NCBI RefSeq assembly: GCF_006345805.1
Contig: NC_043000.1
Coordinates: 10,788,001 to 10,852,000 of the forward strand
DNA length: 64,000 bases
Reading direction: 5' to 3'
Origin: Octopus sinensis
Lineage: Eukaryota
A model generated the notes under the pieces. That model worked only from the letters and a program-made list of their open reading frames with translations. It did no database searches and was not told the origin of the DNA. Below, piece after piece: positions 10,743 to 22,376 of this stretch (the stretch's first letter is position 1; each line of letters begins with the position of its first letter). The translations under genes and the position numbers were made by a program.

Positions 10743-11411
10743 TGGTGGTGGTGGTGGGGAGGAAGAGGAGGAGGGGTTGTTTTAATCCTTCATAGCAAAA
10801 TAGGTTGTGTTGAAAGATTGATGCCTTCTTTGAGAGAATGTCGAATCAAAAAAAAAAACTTTCAGAAATTCGATTTCTAAAATCAATCAGAACTGGGGAA
10901 GAATATTTGTCTTGTTCTTTGACTTCTAAAGTAGCCATGCATTCATTCCAGTTAACATTAAAGAAGTAAATGTTTCTGTTGCATCCTTGTTCTGTAACTA
11001 AGCATTCTCTGATCCAATTAATCCCTTCACCCACCTCAAAGAAACTAATGTTTCTCAGCAACTGTTTGGACATAGTCATGTTTTTACTGAGAAAGTCATT
11101 TTGTTGAAGCCAATAGTTGAAGAGTCATTTGTTACCAAGTCGAGCACATTATCGTCATTGTATCATTATTACAAGTTTAGTGATTGTTGAAGCAATCTCA
11201 ATGCTTCCTTTTGTTGTCTTTTTCAATGTGACACTTTGGTAAAAGGACATTTTGAAAGCCTATTTTCTCAACTAGTTCCTTCTGCACAAATACTAATTAC
11301 AGATTGGCAGATGAGATCTAAGCCTTCAAATACATTTCTTTTATTGATCAGCCTTATCACAGTTTGTCTTCTGCTACCATAATTGGTTTCAACAGTTGTG
11401 AAGCTTTTCCC

Positions 11412-11586
11412 TTCATCATCATCATCATCATCATTGTTTAACGTCTGTTTTCCGTGCTAGCACGGGTTGGACGGTTCAACCGGGGTTTGGGAAGCCAGGA
11501 GGCTGCACCAGGCTCCAGTCTGATCTGGCAGTATTTCTACAGCTGGATGCCTAACGCCAACCACTCTGTGAGTGTAGTAGGTGCTT
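11412..11586 (-). mobile_element. RTE LINE 3' tail
   Basis: (CAT)n plus GTTTAACGTCTGTTTTCCGTGCTAGCACGGG. Confidence 0.85.
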
Positions 11587-12674
11587 ATATATATATATAT
11601 ATATATATTATAGTTTAATTTTTCTTAAAGAAACACTCAGTGCTTCTTCCCCTACCTCACCTACCAGCCTTCAAAGAGCTAAAATCTCCCAATCTTTCAC
11701 TTTTGTCTGATGTTTCCCACTTGCGTAGAATTGTACTGAAATAGCAGACATAAAAAATATCAGCCCACCACCACAAAATCTAGCATGCTAGAAACAACAG
11801 GTAAACAACATTATTTCTGAAGAAACTTCCTTGCTTACCAAAAAGCTAAAAGTGAAACATTGGGAGTGTGTAGCTTTTTGGAAGTGGTGAGCTGATGCGT
11901 AAAATTCTTAGATTCATACTCTGTTTGTTCTCCATGGATTACCAAGAATAAAAATTTGAAAAAAGTGAAAAATGAATTTGGTGTGGAGAGGGAAAAAATT
12001 AAAATATTGAGGACGTGTTTTGTGGGTGAAATCCTAATCTCCTTCATCACAAACATAGGAATTGGAAGAAATTTAGGTAAAAAATGAAGTGGTGGACAGA
12101 AATGTCACCTCGGACATGCTAGAAAGAAGAGGTAAAGGACAGGATTTCTGGGGAAACTTCCTTTTAAGTTTATATCGAAGATCAGGTTAATACACTCATC
12201 TCAAACAAAAATTACACTATAGAAAAAGAACATTTAAATTGGATTTGAGCTGTAAATTTGCGCATGCACAGTGCATGAATTAACATAATTTGCACAAAAG
12301 TTTTACCTAGAGTGTGTGTATGCATGTGTCAAAGGAAGTTATTTTATGGGATTCTCTTGTTTGAAGAAGCAAAGTTGTCTACTCGACATATATGGGATAA
12401 TATAGCTGTTCATTAATTTCTGTAAAATTGTTTTAATTTCTGTATGCTTTGAAGAGAGGATAAAGTGAAAAGGCAACATTTGCTTTGAAGTGAGAGAAGA
12501 AAGTAAAAGAGAGGAGAAAGTGTAAGATGTACATGTATATGAAATGGACATGTGTGTGTGTGAGAGAGAAAGAGAGAGTGAGTGAGTGAAGGTGTGTGTT
12601 GTGATGTATGATTTTTTTGCATGTGTGTGTAAGTGGCACTCACTCTCTCTCTCTCTCACACACACATTAGCTTA

Positions 12675-13130
12675 CGTATGTAAATTATTGAAAAATCAGA
12701 GGCTGCTGTGGTTGTCTGAGAAAAGATCCCTTTCTAGGTGTAGAGTGTTAAAAACTCAGACAAAATCTTCCCAGAGGTAACTGTGAGAATGACAGGGACA
12801 TGTTTCATCATTTTTACAGTTTGCCAATACCACACGCCTCTAGAAGTAGCTAGCCTAGCAGCCTCTTTGCAAAACCAATGAATTGTTCATTTGCTGTTTC
12901 TAAATACTTCCGACTGACCAAGATGATTACATCTTAGAAGTGACCCGAGTGCATGGTATTGACTAGCCACAAAAACAGTGAAATGCGCATTTGTCACTTT
13001 ATGGACACTTCTGGGATGATTTCATTTTGTCTAGCTCTTATGTATATTGTGTTTATAACACACTGTGTCTCTAAAGGTATCTTTCTTGAGATGATCACTG
13101 CAGCCTCTGACTTTTCAATAATATACATAC
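12675..13130. repeat. Old degenerate fold-back element or MITE
   Basis: GTATGTAAATTATTGAAAAATCAGAGGCTGC (12675) is the near reverse complement of GCAGCCTCTGACTTTTCAATAATATACATAC (ending 13130). Weaker symmetry continues inward. Confidence 0.6.
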
Positions 13131-14552
13131 ATTAAGAATGTCACAAAGATAAAGATTTTAACCCTTTAGCATTTAAACCAGCCACATCAGACCCAAATCA
13201 CTCAACCATGGTGGTGGTTGAATATATATATTCTTAAGTCCACCATTTCGTCAATTGCAGCAGCTTCCAAGCTTCACCACTAATTCAGTTCTCAACTAAA
13301 TTGCAAACTGTTAACAGTTTTAAAGAGGACACCTCCTTAGCTACACTTTAGCATAAATAGTTTGAGATTTGGTTCAGTAGAAAAAAAAGTTACATCAAAA
13401 TATCTGCAACCTCAAGAGGGGCAGTAAGGCAGATATTCATCTTCAGTTAACATAAACTTTTAAAAATTTTAAATTAAAAGTATACCTTTCTTAGGCTTAA
13501 ATGATAGAAAAATGTATGAGGAATTCAGAATCGCTAGTCGCATTAAACAAAAGTTAGTAGAAAAAGAGTTATGTAGTAAAATGTTACGAAATTTCATGTC
13601 ATTAAGTAAGGAAATAAGGGAGTAACGCTTCAGCAATAAGGATAAAGAATATATTTCTAAAATGAATATTTACTTTCTAAGGTGGTGAGCTGGCAGAAAC
13701 ATTAGCGTGCCAGGCGAAATGCTTAGCGGTATTTCGTCTGTCCTTACGTTTTTGAGTTTGAATTTCACCGAGGTCGACTTTGATGTACAGATTATTTAAT
13801 TAAATTTTTTTTAACTAAACACTTTCAATCTTCCGATATTGGTAGAATATGTCACATAGAACTTACAAATTAGCTGAACAGTTTTGTATAATAAATTTAA
13901 AAGATGAGAACTGTAAAGAGTGATAAATTAGAACTGGCATTCTTTGCTGCAATATTTTAAGTAAAAAGTTTCTTATTTTTTACTATACTTTTAATGGTGT
14001 AATAATTTGTCCTGTAGGTTTATAATCTTAAGAATATGACTTTTCATGCTTGCATTTTTCCATGTAATATTATACATGCTTTATGTTCAAACAGGGCAGA
14101 CGTGGTCTTTCATACCTATCCTTTTATGTAATTCAGAAAACTAAACACTCACATCATAAAAATATCAAAATTACAACATTAATGCATGATTAATTCGAAA
14201 CATCAAAACAATGTGAATTAATAAGCATTACATTTGATAAAGTAATCTGAATGCTAAAGGGTTAATCTAGAGCTGTTTTGCATTCATAATTTGGATTTTG
14301 CTTATGCTGGAACATAAACAAGATCTTTTGGATCTTTTTTTCTATTTTTTCAGTTGTGAGTTTATAGATTTAGGCATATTTAGAGTTTCTTCATCTTTTA
14401 CTTTTACTTTCATTCCTTTCTTCACAAAATCACATTGAGTTCTTATTTGTCCTCTTTTCAAACAATTCATCCAATGGTCAGATGAATTGCCTTCAGAATC
14501 ATTAGAATCATCATTTGTTAAGTTACTCTTTTCTACTTTGTGAATGTGGAAT

Positions 14553-14850
14553 ACAAAAAGCTGTGAGTATATTTGATAGATGGAAACTGAAAGAAGCCCA
14601 TCATGTATGTGTGTGTGTGTTGTGTGTTGTCTTGATATTATGTGGTAGTTGCAAACAAGCACTGCTCATTTCCAATCTTCTGTGCAAAACATGTTAGGCC
14701 ATGGAGAAATGTTACCTTACTTGGAAGGTGAAGATTGCTGACAGGAAGAGCAACCAGGCATAGAAAATCTGCCTCTACAAATTTTATATGACCCATGCAA
14801 GCATGGAAAAGTGGACATTAAAGTAATGAGGAGGTGGTGAAGGTGGTAGT
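14553..14850 (+). mobile_element. SINE-H, 5'-truncated
   Basis: GATAGATGGAAACTGAAAGAAGCCC...ACCCATGCAAGCATGGAAAAGTGGACATTAA. Confidence 0.65.
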
Positions 14851-14991
14851 GGTGGAAAGAAGAGTGCAATGTCAACAGTATTAAAGTTTTTTTGTCCCAA
14901 AACCTCATGTGTATTCAAATTTTTCTTAAAAAGAAAAAAAAACATTATCATACAAGATCAGTTCATTCTGACTCATCACAGTATTTCATGA

Positions 14992-15283
14992 TGTTCTTGA
15001 GCAAAACACTTCATTTCACATTGCTCCAGTTCACTCAGCTAGCAAAAATGAGTTATCCTCTGACAGACCAGTGTCCCATTCAGACGGGGAATATATATGC
15101 CATGAAACCAGGAAATCAGCCCTTGTGACTCGGTATAACTCAAGAAGGTAACTTTACTTTTACTATTACTAGTACACTACTATTACTGGCACTACTTAAA
15201 TACAGAGGTTCCATTTAAAAACAGAAGTCCCTATGCATCTATGTAATGATGTTTTTACAGTGCACACTTGTTATGGTTAGTTT
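14992..15283 (+). repeat. Left arm of inverted duplication (SINE-D 3' part plus unique flank)
   Basis: 15055-15283 is the near reverse complement of 16102-16330, and 14992-15037 of 16907-16952. Confidence 0.9.
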
Positions 15284-15660
15284 ATTGCCCTTTTCTTTGG
15301 CCCACAGAGTACTTGATTCAGATGCACATTTGTTGTCATGTCTTGGATCTATGTTAAAGAAAGCCGATAATTTCCTTTGTGACATAAGGTCCTTAAATAT
15401 CACTCACATAACATTAACAATGGTGCAGATATTGCCAATTCCACGTATGAGAATTTAGACCCTCACAACTGTTCTGGGCATAACAACCCTGATGGAGCCA
15501 TAACTAAATATTTGAAAGTAACAATGAATGTAAAACTACTATTAACAATACCAGTGTATATTTGTATACTAGTAATAGGGTACTGCTTAAATACAGAGGT
15601 CCCTTAATGGTACTACTTACATACAGAGGTCCCAACTGTGTGGACGTGTAATGACACCTT

Positions 15661-16110
15661 AAAACTAACTCCCAAAACTAACCCTAACCCTGACTCTAAA
15701 ACTTAACCCTAAAAATTAACCCCGTAAACTAACCCTAAAAACTAACCTTAAAAATTAACCCTAAAAACTAACCCTAAAAACTAACTGTAACCCTGACCCT
15801 AAAAACTAACCCTGGAAACTAACCCTAAAACTGACTCCCAAAACTAACCTTAACCCTGACCCTAAAACCTAACCCTAAAAATTTACCCTGTAAACTAACC
15901 CTAAGAACTAATCCTAACCCTGACCCTAAAAACTAACCCTGAAAACTAACCCTAAAAACTAACCCTAAAACTAACTCCCAAAACTAACCTTAACCCTGAC
16001 CCTAAAACCTAACCCTAAAAATTAACCCTGTAAACTAACCTTAAAACTAACCCTGACCCTAAGAACTAACCCTGAAAACTAACCCAGAAAACTAACCCTA
16101 AAAACTAACC
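15661..16110. repeat. Degenerate telomere-like array (AAACTAACCCT / AACCCTGACCCT units)
   Basis: Dozens of CCCTAA/CCCTGA motifs with A-tract spacers. The ACTCCCAAAAC marker recurs three times. Confidence 0.92.
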
Positions 16111-16221
16111 GTAATGAGTGTGCACTGTAAAAACATCATTACGTAGATGCATCAGGACTTCTGTATTTAAACGGAACCTCGGTATTTAAGTAGTGCCAGT
16201 AATAGTAGTATACTAGTAATA

Positions 16222-17039
16222 GTAAAAGTAAAGATACCATCTTGAGTTATACCGAGTCACAAGGGCTGATTTCCTGGTTTCATGGCATATATATTCCCTG
16301 TCTGAATGAGACACTAGTCTGTCGCAGGATGACTGGGATGGAGCCAGCCTACGTATGCATACCTTCCCTTCTTGGGACACAAAACTCTACTTGTGAAGAC
16401 CTGTTGAGGCAAGTGAGGATCAGAATCGAAATCGATCAATGGAAATTGCAGATGTGTTACCAGTGCCGGTGGCATGTCGAAACTCTACTTGTGAAGACCC
16501 GTTGAGGTAAGTGAGGATCAGAATGGAAATCGATCAATGGAAATTGCAGATGTGTTACCAGTGCCGGTGGCATGTAAGAGAACCTTCCGTTTCGCGACCG
16601 TTGCCAGCACCGCCCCGTTTCGTGTCCGTTGCCAGCCTCGCCTGGCCCTTGTGCCGGTGGCACATAAAAAGCACCATCCGTTCGTGGCCGTTTGCCAGCT
16701 CTGTCTGGCACCTGTGCGGGTGGCACGTAACAAGCACCCACTACACTTACGGAGTGGTTGGCGTTAGGAAGGGCATCCAGCCGTAGAAACACTGCCAGAT
16801 TTGACTGGGCCTGATGAAGCCTTCTAGCTTCACAGACCCCAGTAGAACCGTCCAACCCATGCTAGCATGGAAAACGGACGCTAAACGACGATGATGATGA
16901 TGATGATGAGTGGAATGGAGCAATGTGATATGAAGTGTTTTGCTCAAGAACACAATGCGTCACCCAGTCCAAGTATTGAAACTACAACCTTACGATCATG
17001 AGTCTAACACCCTAACCACTAGACCACGTGCTTCCACTG
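16222..17039 (-). mobile_element. Full-length SINE-D with 11-bp TSD, interrupted by an RTE 3' end
   Basis: TSD TACTAGTAATA at 16211-16221 and 17040-17050. tRNA-like head GTGGAAGCACGTGGTCTAGTGGTTAGG on the minus strand. Confidence 0.85.
16331..16906 (+). mobile_element. 5'-truncated RTE LINE with an internal ~105-bp tandem duplication
   Basis: AAACTCTACTTGTGAAGACC...GTGCCGGTGGCATG occurs twice, then the family core and a (GAT)n tail. Confidence 0.88.
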
Positions 17040-17255
17040 TACTAGTAATACAAACTATCATACATTTAGCACATATGCCATTAATACCAATGATAATAAT
17101 TTGAGTCCCTGTATCATTAATAATAATAATTATGGTATGAATTGTTCTAACTATGCCAACTGTCTCCATTGTAATAACGATGATGGTAATTAATTGATTC
17201 TTATCAAAGAATTAATAATCATACTAACTATACTAACCTTGGCACAGCTAATAAT

Positions 17256-17519
17256 AAATATAAAATAAATGTTCCTTCTTGAGCCATGCCAGGCTCATAA
17301 GGGCTGCTTTCCCGGTTTCAGTGGTGTAGAAATTCCCCACCTGGACGGGACGCCTGTTCATCGCAGGATTACTCATTTTTGCCAGCTGAGTGGACTGGAG
17401 CAACGTGAAATGAAGTGTTTTGCTCAAGAACACAACGCATTGCCTGGTCCAGGAATCGAAACCACAACCTTACGATCATGCGTTCAACACCCTAACCACT
17501 AAGCCACACACCTCCACAT
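17256..17519 (-). mobile_element. Full-length SINE-D with 12-bp TSD
   Basis: TSD ACAGCTAATAAT at 17244-17255 and 17520-17531. A/B-box-like motifs TGGCTTAGTGG and GTTTCGATTCC. Confidence 0.9.
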
Positions 17520-17694
17520 ACAGCTAATAATGCATCACCCATATTCTGTGAGAAGACATGCAGTTTCAGAGTACATAGTAGTCTCTTTGAGGAACAATTG
17601 CTTACATTATAATGTTTATAAATGTACCTTTACCACCACATTGACCCACTCTGCCAGAATTTTTATTGGTGGAACATTTGAACTGTTTACTCTT

Positions 17695-18085
17695 TACTCT
17701 TGTTACTCTTTTACTTGTTTCAGTCATTTGACTGTGGCCATGCTGGAGCACCGCCTTTAATTGAGCAACTCGACCCCAGGACTTATTCTTTGTAAGCCTA
17801 GTACTTATTCTATCGGTCGCTTTTGCCGAACCGCTAAGTTACGGAGATGTTGGGGGAACAAACACACACACAACCATACACGCACACACACACAACCATA
17901 CACACAAACACACATATATATACGATGGGCTTCTTTCAGTTTCCATCTACCAAATCGACTCACAAGGCTTTGGTTGCCCAAGGCTATAGTAGAAGACACT
18001 TGCCCAAGGTGCCATACAGTGGGACTGAACCCGGAACCATGTGGTTGGTAAGCAAGCTACTTACCACACAGCCACTCCTGTGCCT
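17695..18085 (-). mobile_element. SINE-A
   Basis: Matches the family along its whole length. Confidence 0.88.
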
Positions 18086-18109
18086 GTTTCTCCGGTATTG
18101 CTAGAAAAC

Positions 18110-18700
18110 AATTTACCTCCCTGACCACCTACATCCACTACTTCAAAGTTGAGAGTATTCCATACGCGAGAAACCAATAACCTTGTAATTCATGTTGCTG
18201 TGAGTCCTTAAATATATTACATGACTGAATGAGGCCTCCCTCTTTAAATGCTTCTCTGATGTAATTATGTGCAGACATAAATACTACAAAACGTTCTCTT
18301 GTTACCATAAATTTTTCTGTTCTACTAATTTGCCCTTCACTATAATACTTCCACCTTAATAAACTGTACTCCTGTACCACTGAATTAGCCACACTAAGGG
18401 TTTTCTCATCTTTCCCCTTCTCCTCCCCCTCTTACCAATACATCTTGTATCTCCTACTCCCACTATCTCATTTTACTAACCTGTGTTGCCGCTGATACTC
18501 CACTAGTGTCTTTATAATTTTTTTTTTTCTTATCTTCACGACTGACCTTGATTTATTGTATACTATGCACCTGCTCTATGATCGCGCCTACTACAATAAT
18601 CTTTTATCTCCCACTATTAATCTTTCCTTCCACAGACACTGGTCTCCCTTTGAGCTAGCCTACTTCCCTTGTTTTTATTGCCTCTTATATTTCTCTTTTT
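18110..18700 (-). pseudogene. Possible very old LINE remnant (CR1/L2 ORF1 esterase-like)
   Basis: Scattered translations KIIVVGAIIEQV... and ...ITRLLVSRVWNTLNFEVVDV. Many stops, weak similarity only. Confidence 0.25.
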
Positions 18701-19269
18701 TTTTCTTTCTTGATTCTATTAACTGATATTTTTCATTACTAATTCTACCTGAAGCAACTCCACCAATCTCTTCCCTTCCAATCTTTTCCTCAATGTTCCT
18801 GTCTTTACTATCCCACTCAACCCCTTGTATTTAGTTTCCCATTGACCCTATTTATAAAAACTACACTATTTGTTGCCAGAGTTTTCTGATGAGAATAACT
18901 GGAGTCCTCATCTTGGATCTTTCAAAATCCATGTTAATTCATAACCTACTATATTATTGGACCTTATTACATAACATATAGTCATGGCACCAGTCATTGT
19001 TTATCTGAAACAGCTGTAAAGATAAGACTTACATCATTCATTATGGGTGACTATGTGTCTAGGTTATGAACCAATATTTACATCTAATTCATTTTTAAGC
19101 ACTTTCAGAATCTCTGATCATTATTAAGTATCTCTTTGCTGTAGGTGTACATAATACCAGACTGGACTCAAAATAAGGATCTTATTTCTGAAGTAATGGT
19201 AGTAACATTCTTATATATGATGTCTCTGTTGTATTATAATAACAATGTTAGCTGCTGAAGCTAAAGAAA

Positions 19270-19434
19270 GGTGTGGCTGTGTGGTAAGAAGCTTGCTTCT
19301 CAACCACATAGTTCCGGGTTCAGTCCCACTGCGTGGCACCTTGGGCAAGTGTCTTCTACTATAACCTTAGGCTGACCAAAGCCTCGTGGGTGGATTTGGT
19401 TGACGTAAACTGAAAGAAGCTCATTGTGTGTATG

Positions 19435-19511
<77 letters not shown>

Positions 19512-19512
19512 G
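19270..19512 (+). mobile_element. SINE-A 5' half ending in a (TA)n microsatellite
   Basis: GGTGTGGCTGTGTGGTAAG...GGGTTCAGTCCCACTGCGTGGCACCTTGGGCAAG, then (TA)n. Confidence 0.85.
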
Positions 19513-20977
19513 GTAGTGCAGTGTAGAGGACAAACTCACAGCTTTAAAAGTGTTAGAATTGATGAGATTGTTTACTTGTTTGTAGAGCAGGGTTCAACCT
19601 GTACTGCAGGTCATAGAGATCAGGATCACTTCATATGGTTATTGGAGTAGTGGCACCAGTTGAGGGCATTTTCTCTACTTTGTGTTGAGTGCATTCTGTG
19701 GATGGCAATTATAGCACTAAAGTTCAAGATAACTAGCTGATGCAGAGTCAGTGGCTTGCATCCTGTACACTGGCCATCATTTCATTGTGTTCAAGACACT
19801 CACAAATGACTTGGTTTGTCTGCTTATAAGTAAAATTCACTGTTGGAAGCAGTGGGTTAGATTATAGCCTATTGGGTTCTGGACAACTATATTACTACTC
19901 TTGTTGTTTCTAGCAGAAGGGGCTGAAACAAAAGGCTCAGAGTAATATGAAGGGGAAGGACTGGATAATATGTATTAAATAGGGTTCCTTTCCCCACCAG
20001 ATTATTTTGATTTTATCATGATTTTTCAAAAAGAAAACAAAAAAAAACTCATACTTATATTTTACAATTAACTCCCTCTCCCCTAAATTTTAACTGAATA
20101 AAAATTGCTTTAAGGAGAGAATTTATTCATATTTTTTAAAAAATCAAATAATTTATCATTTCGAAAATGGTAAATATCTTTTTTTTTATTTATAAAATAT
20201 ATTTTTAAATTCAATACCAGTTCAAATATGTTGGGAATATATTCAAACCTACAAGAAAGCCATTCCATGTGTTTTGTCATGGAGAAAATTTCTTGCTATT
20301 GACAAAATTTTTAAATGTTAGAAACCCCCTTTGTCCCACAGAACCCTTGGAAGTTTTTTCCATAGAACCTAGTCTAAGAAATTCTTGCAATAAGGCATTC
20401 ATTCAGTGTTTCGAATTACTTATTCTACCAGACACAAAGCTCCTATGCTGTCACTGAACCACTCAACATGCTAGAAATAGCAATTAAATCTCTTTCAAAT
20501 TACACTTTACTTTTTTTTTCAAAATCCTATTGGATTGTCCTAGGCACACTGTTTGTTGAAAGATCGGAGGATGGTCAGTATTGGAATGTCTTCGACCATA
20601 AGGTGTGCTCAATCTGGGATGACTTGTGGCTAAACAACAACTCTGCCACATCTGTCACTAAATTATTAATTAGTTACATTAATTAAAAAGGTAAAAAATT
20701 TTTTTGTTGTTTTGTTTTGGCATTTCAATTATATCAAAGGCATGGTTTTTTTAAGGGACAGTAAAACAGATAATTAATTAAAGCCTGTTCGTGTTGTTTA
20801 TGTTCAACAGTGTGTGTGTGTGTGTGGACTTATTTTGAATTTTGATATATTTTCTTGTCTTCCCTCACACATGATGAGGTCTTTTGACAATCAAATTCTA
20901 CCTCCTTAATAACTTCTCATTTGTTATGTTTTCATCTAGTTTTCTGTATGATGTGTTCTTTCTGTTCAACCCTTGAT

Positions 20978-21062
20978 TTATATATATATGTGTGTGTATA
21001 TATATATATATATATGTGTGTGTATATATATATATATATGTATATATGTGGATATATGTGTA

Positions 21063-21104
<42 letters not shown>

Positions 21105-21164
21105 GTATATATATATATATATATAATATATATATATATAATATATATATGTATATATAATATA

Positions 21165-21195
<31 letters not shown>

Positions 21196-21213
21196 TATAT
21201 TATATATAATATG

Positions 21214-21245
<32 letters not shown>

Positions 21246-21324
21246 ATATGTAAATATATGTATATGTATGTATATATATATGTATGTGTATATATATATA
21301 TATGTGTATATATATGTATATATG

Positions 21325-21373
<49 letters not shown>

Positions 21374-21556
21374 TATATATATACATATATATACATACAT
21401 ACACACACACGTGTATGTATGCATTTCTATGTATATGTATGCATATGTGTGTATGAACATATGTGTATTTGTATATATGTATGTGTATATGTATATATAT
21501 ATATGTGTCGGTGTGTGTGTGTCTATGTATGTATGTATATATATATATATATATAT
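20978..21556. repeat. ~580-bp compound (TA)n/(TG)n/(TATG)n microsatellite
   Basis: Directly visible. It accounts for the YIYI/CVCV ORFs. Confidence 0.97.
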
Positions 21557-21915
21557 CATCCGAGCGTGGCCGTCTGCCAGCCTTGTCTGGCACCTGTGTC
21601 GGTGGCACATAAAAAACACCATCCGAGCGTGGCCGTCTGCCAGCCTCGTCTGGCACCTGTGTCGGTGGCACATAAAAAACACCATCCGAGCGTGGCCGTT
21701 TGCCAGCCTCGTCTGGCACCTGTGTCGGTGGCACATAAAATCACCCACTACACTCTCGGAGTGGTTGGCGTTAGGAAGGGCATCCAGCTGTAGAAACACT
21801 GCCAGATCTGACTGGACTGGTGCAGCTTTCGGGCTCCCCAGACCCCAGTTGAACCGTCCAACCCATGCTAGCATGGAAAGCGGACGTTAAATGATGATGA
21901 TGATGATGATGATGC
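21556..21915 (+). mobile_element. RTE 3' UTR with 3 copies of a 63-bp unit
   Basis: CATCCGAGCGTGGCCG...GGCACCTGTGTCGGTGGCACATAAAA x3, then the core and (GAT)n. Same subfamily as 58371. Confidence 0.9.
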
Positions 21916-22196
21916 AACGTATAATAAATCTTGTGTGTACAGCTTGATGTATGACTTGTTGATTTTAGAACTCCACATAGAATGTCATCATCCAGGCCTG
22001 CTTCCAGGCCACAGCATCACATCACTACACACACGTGTGCGTGCAAACACCTGCTCTCTCTCTGACTGTCTGTCTGTCTCTCTTCCCTCTTTCATTTTGA
22101 CAACTGCCTTCTCTATATATATCTTTTTCTAACCCAACCACACAAGCACACATAAAATGTTTCATTGTTAAATCTAACACACACCCATGCACACCT

Positions 22197-22227
<31 letters not shown>

Positions 22228-22329
22228 CACTCTCTCCCTTTCTCACTCACTTTTGCATTTCTCTTCCAAACCTATTTTATTAAACCTACACATACACACA
22301 AATGCAAAATGTCCACACACACACACATG

Positions 22330-22369
<40 letters not shown>

Positions 22370-22376
<7 letters not shown>

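Noticed and set aside
15661-16110. True chromosome end
   Set aside because: The array is internal, degenerate and flanked by ordinary sequence on both sides.
20865-20900. Hammerhead-like ATGATGAG-GTC-TTTT-GAC
   Set aside because: It has a small hairpin but no following GAAA or cleavage triplet; likely chance.
20921-21890. Multiple long ORFs (up to 224 aa)
   Set aside because: They are translations of (TA)n/(TG)n microsatellite and the RTE 63-bp repeat, which lack stop codons.
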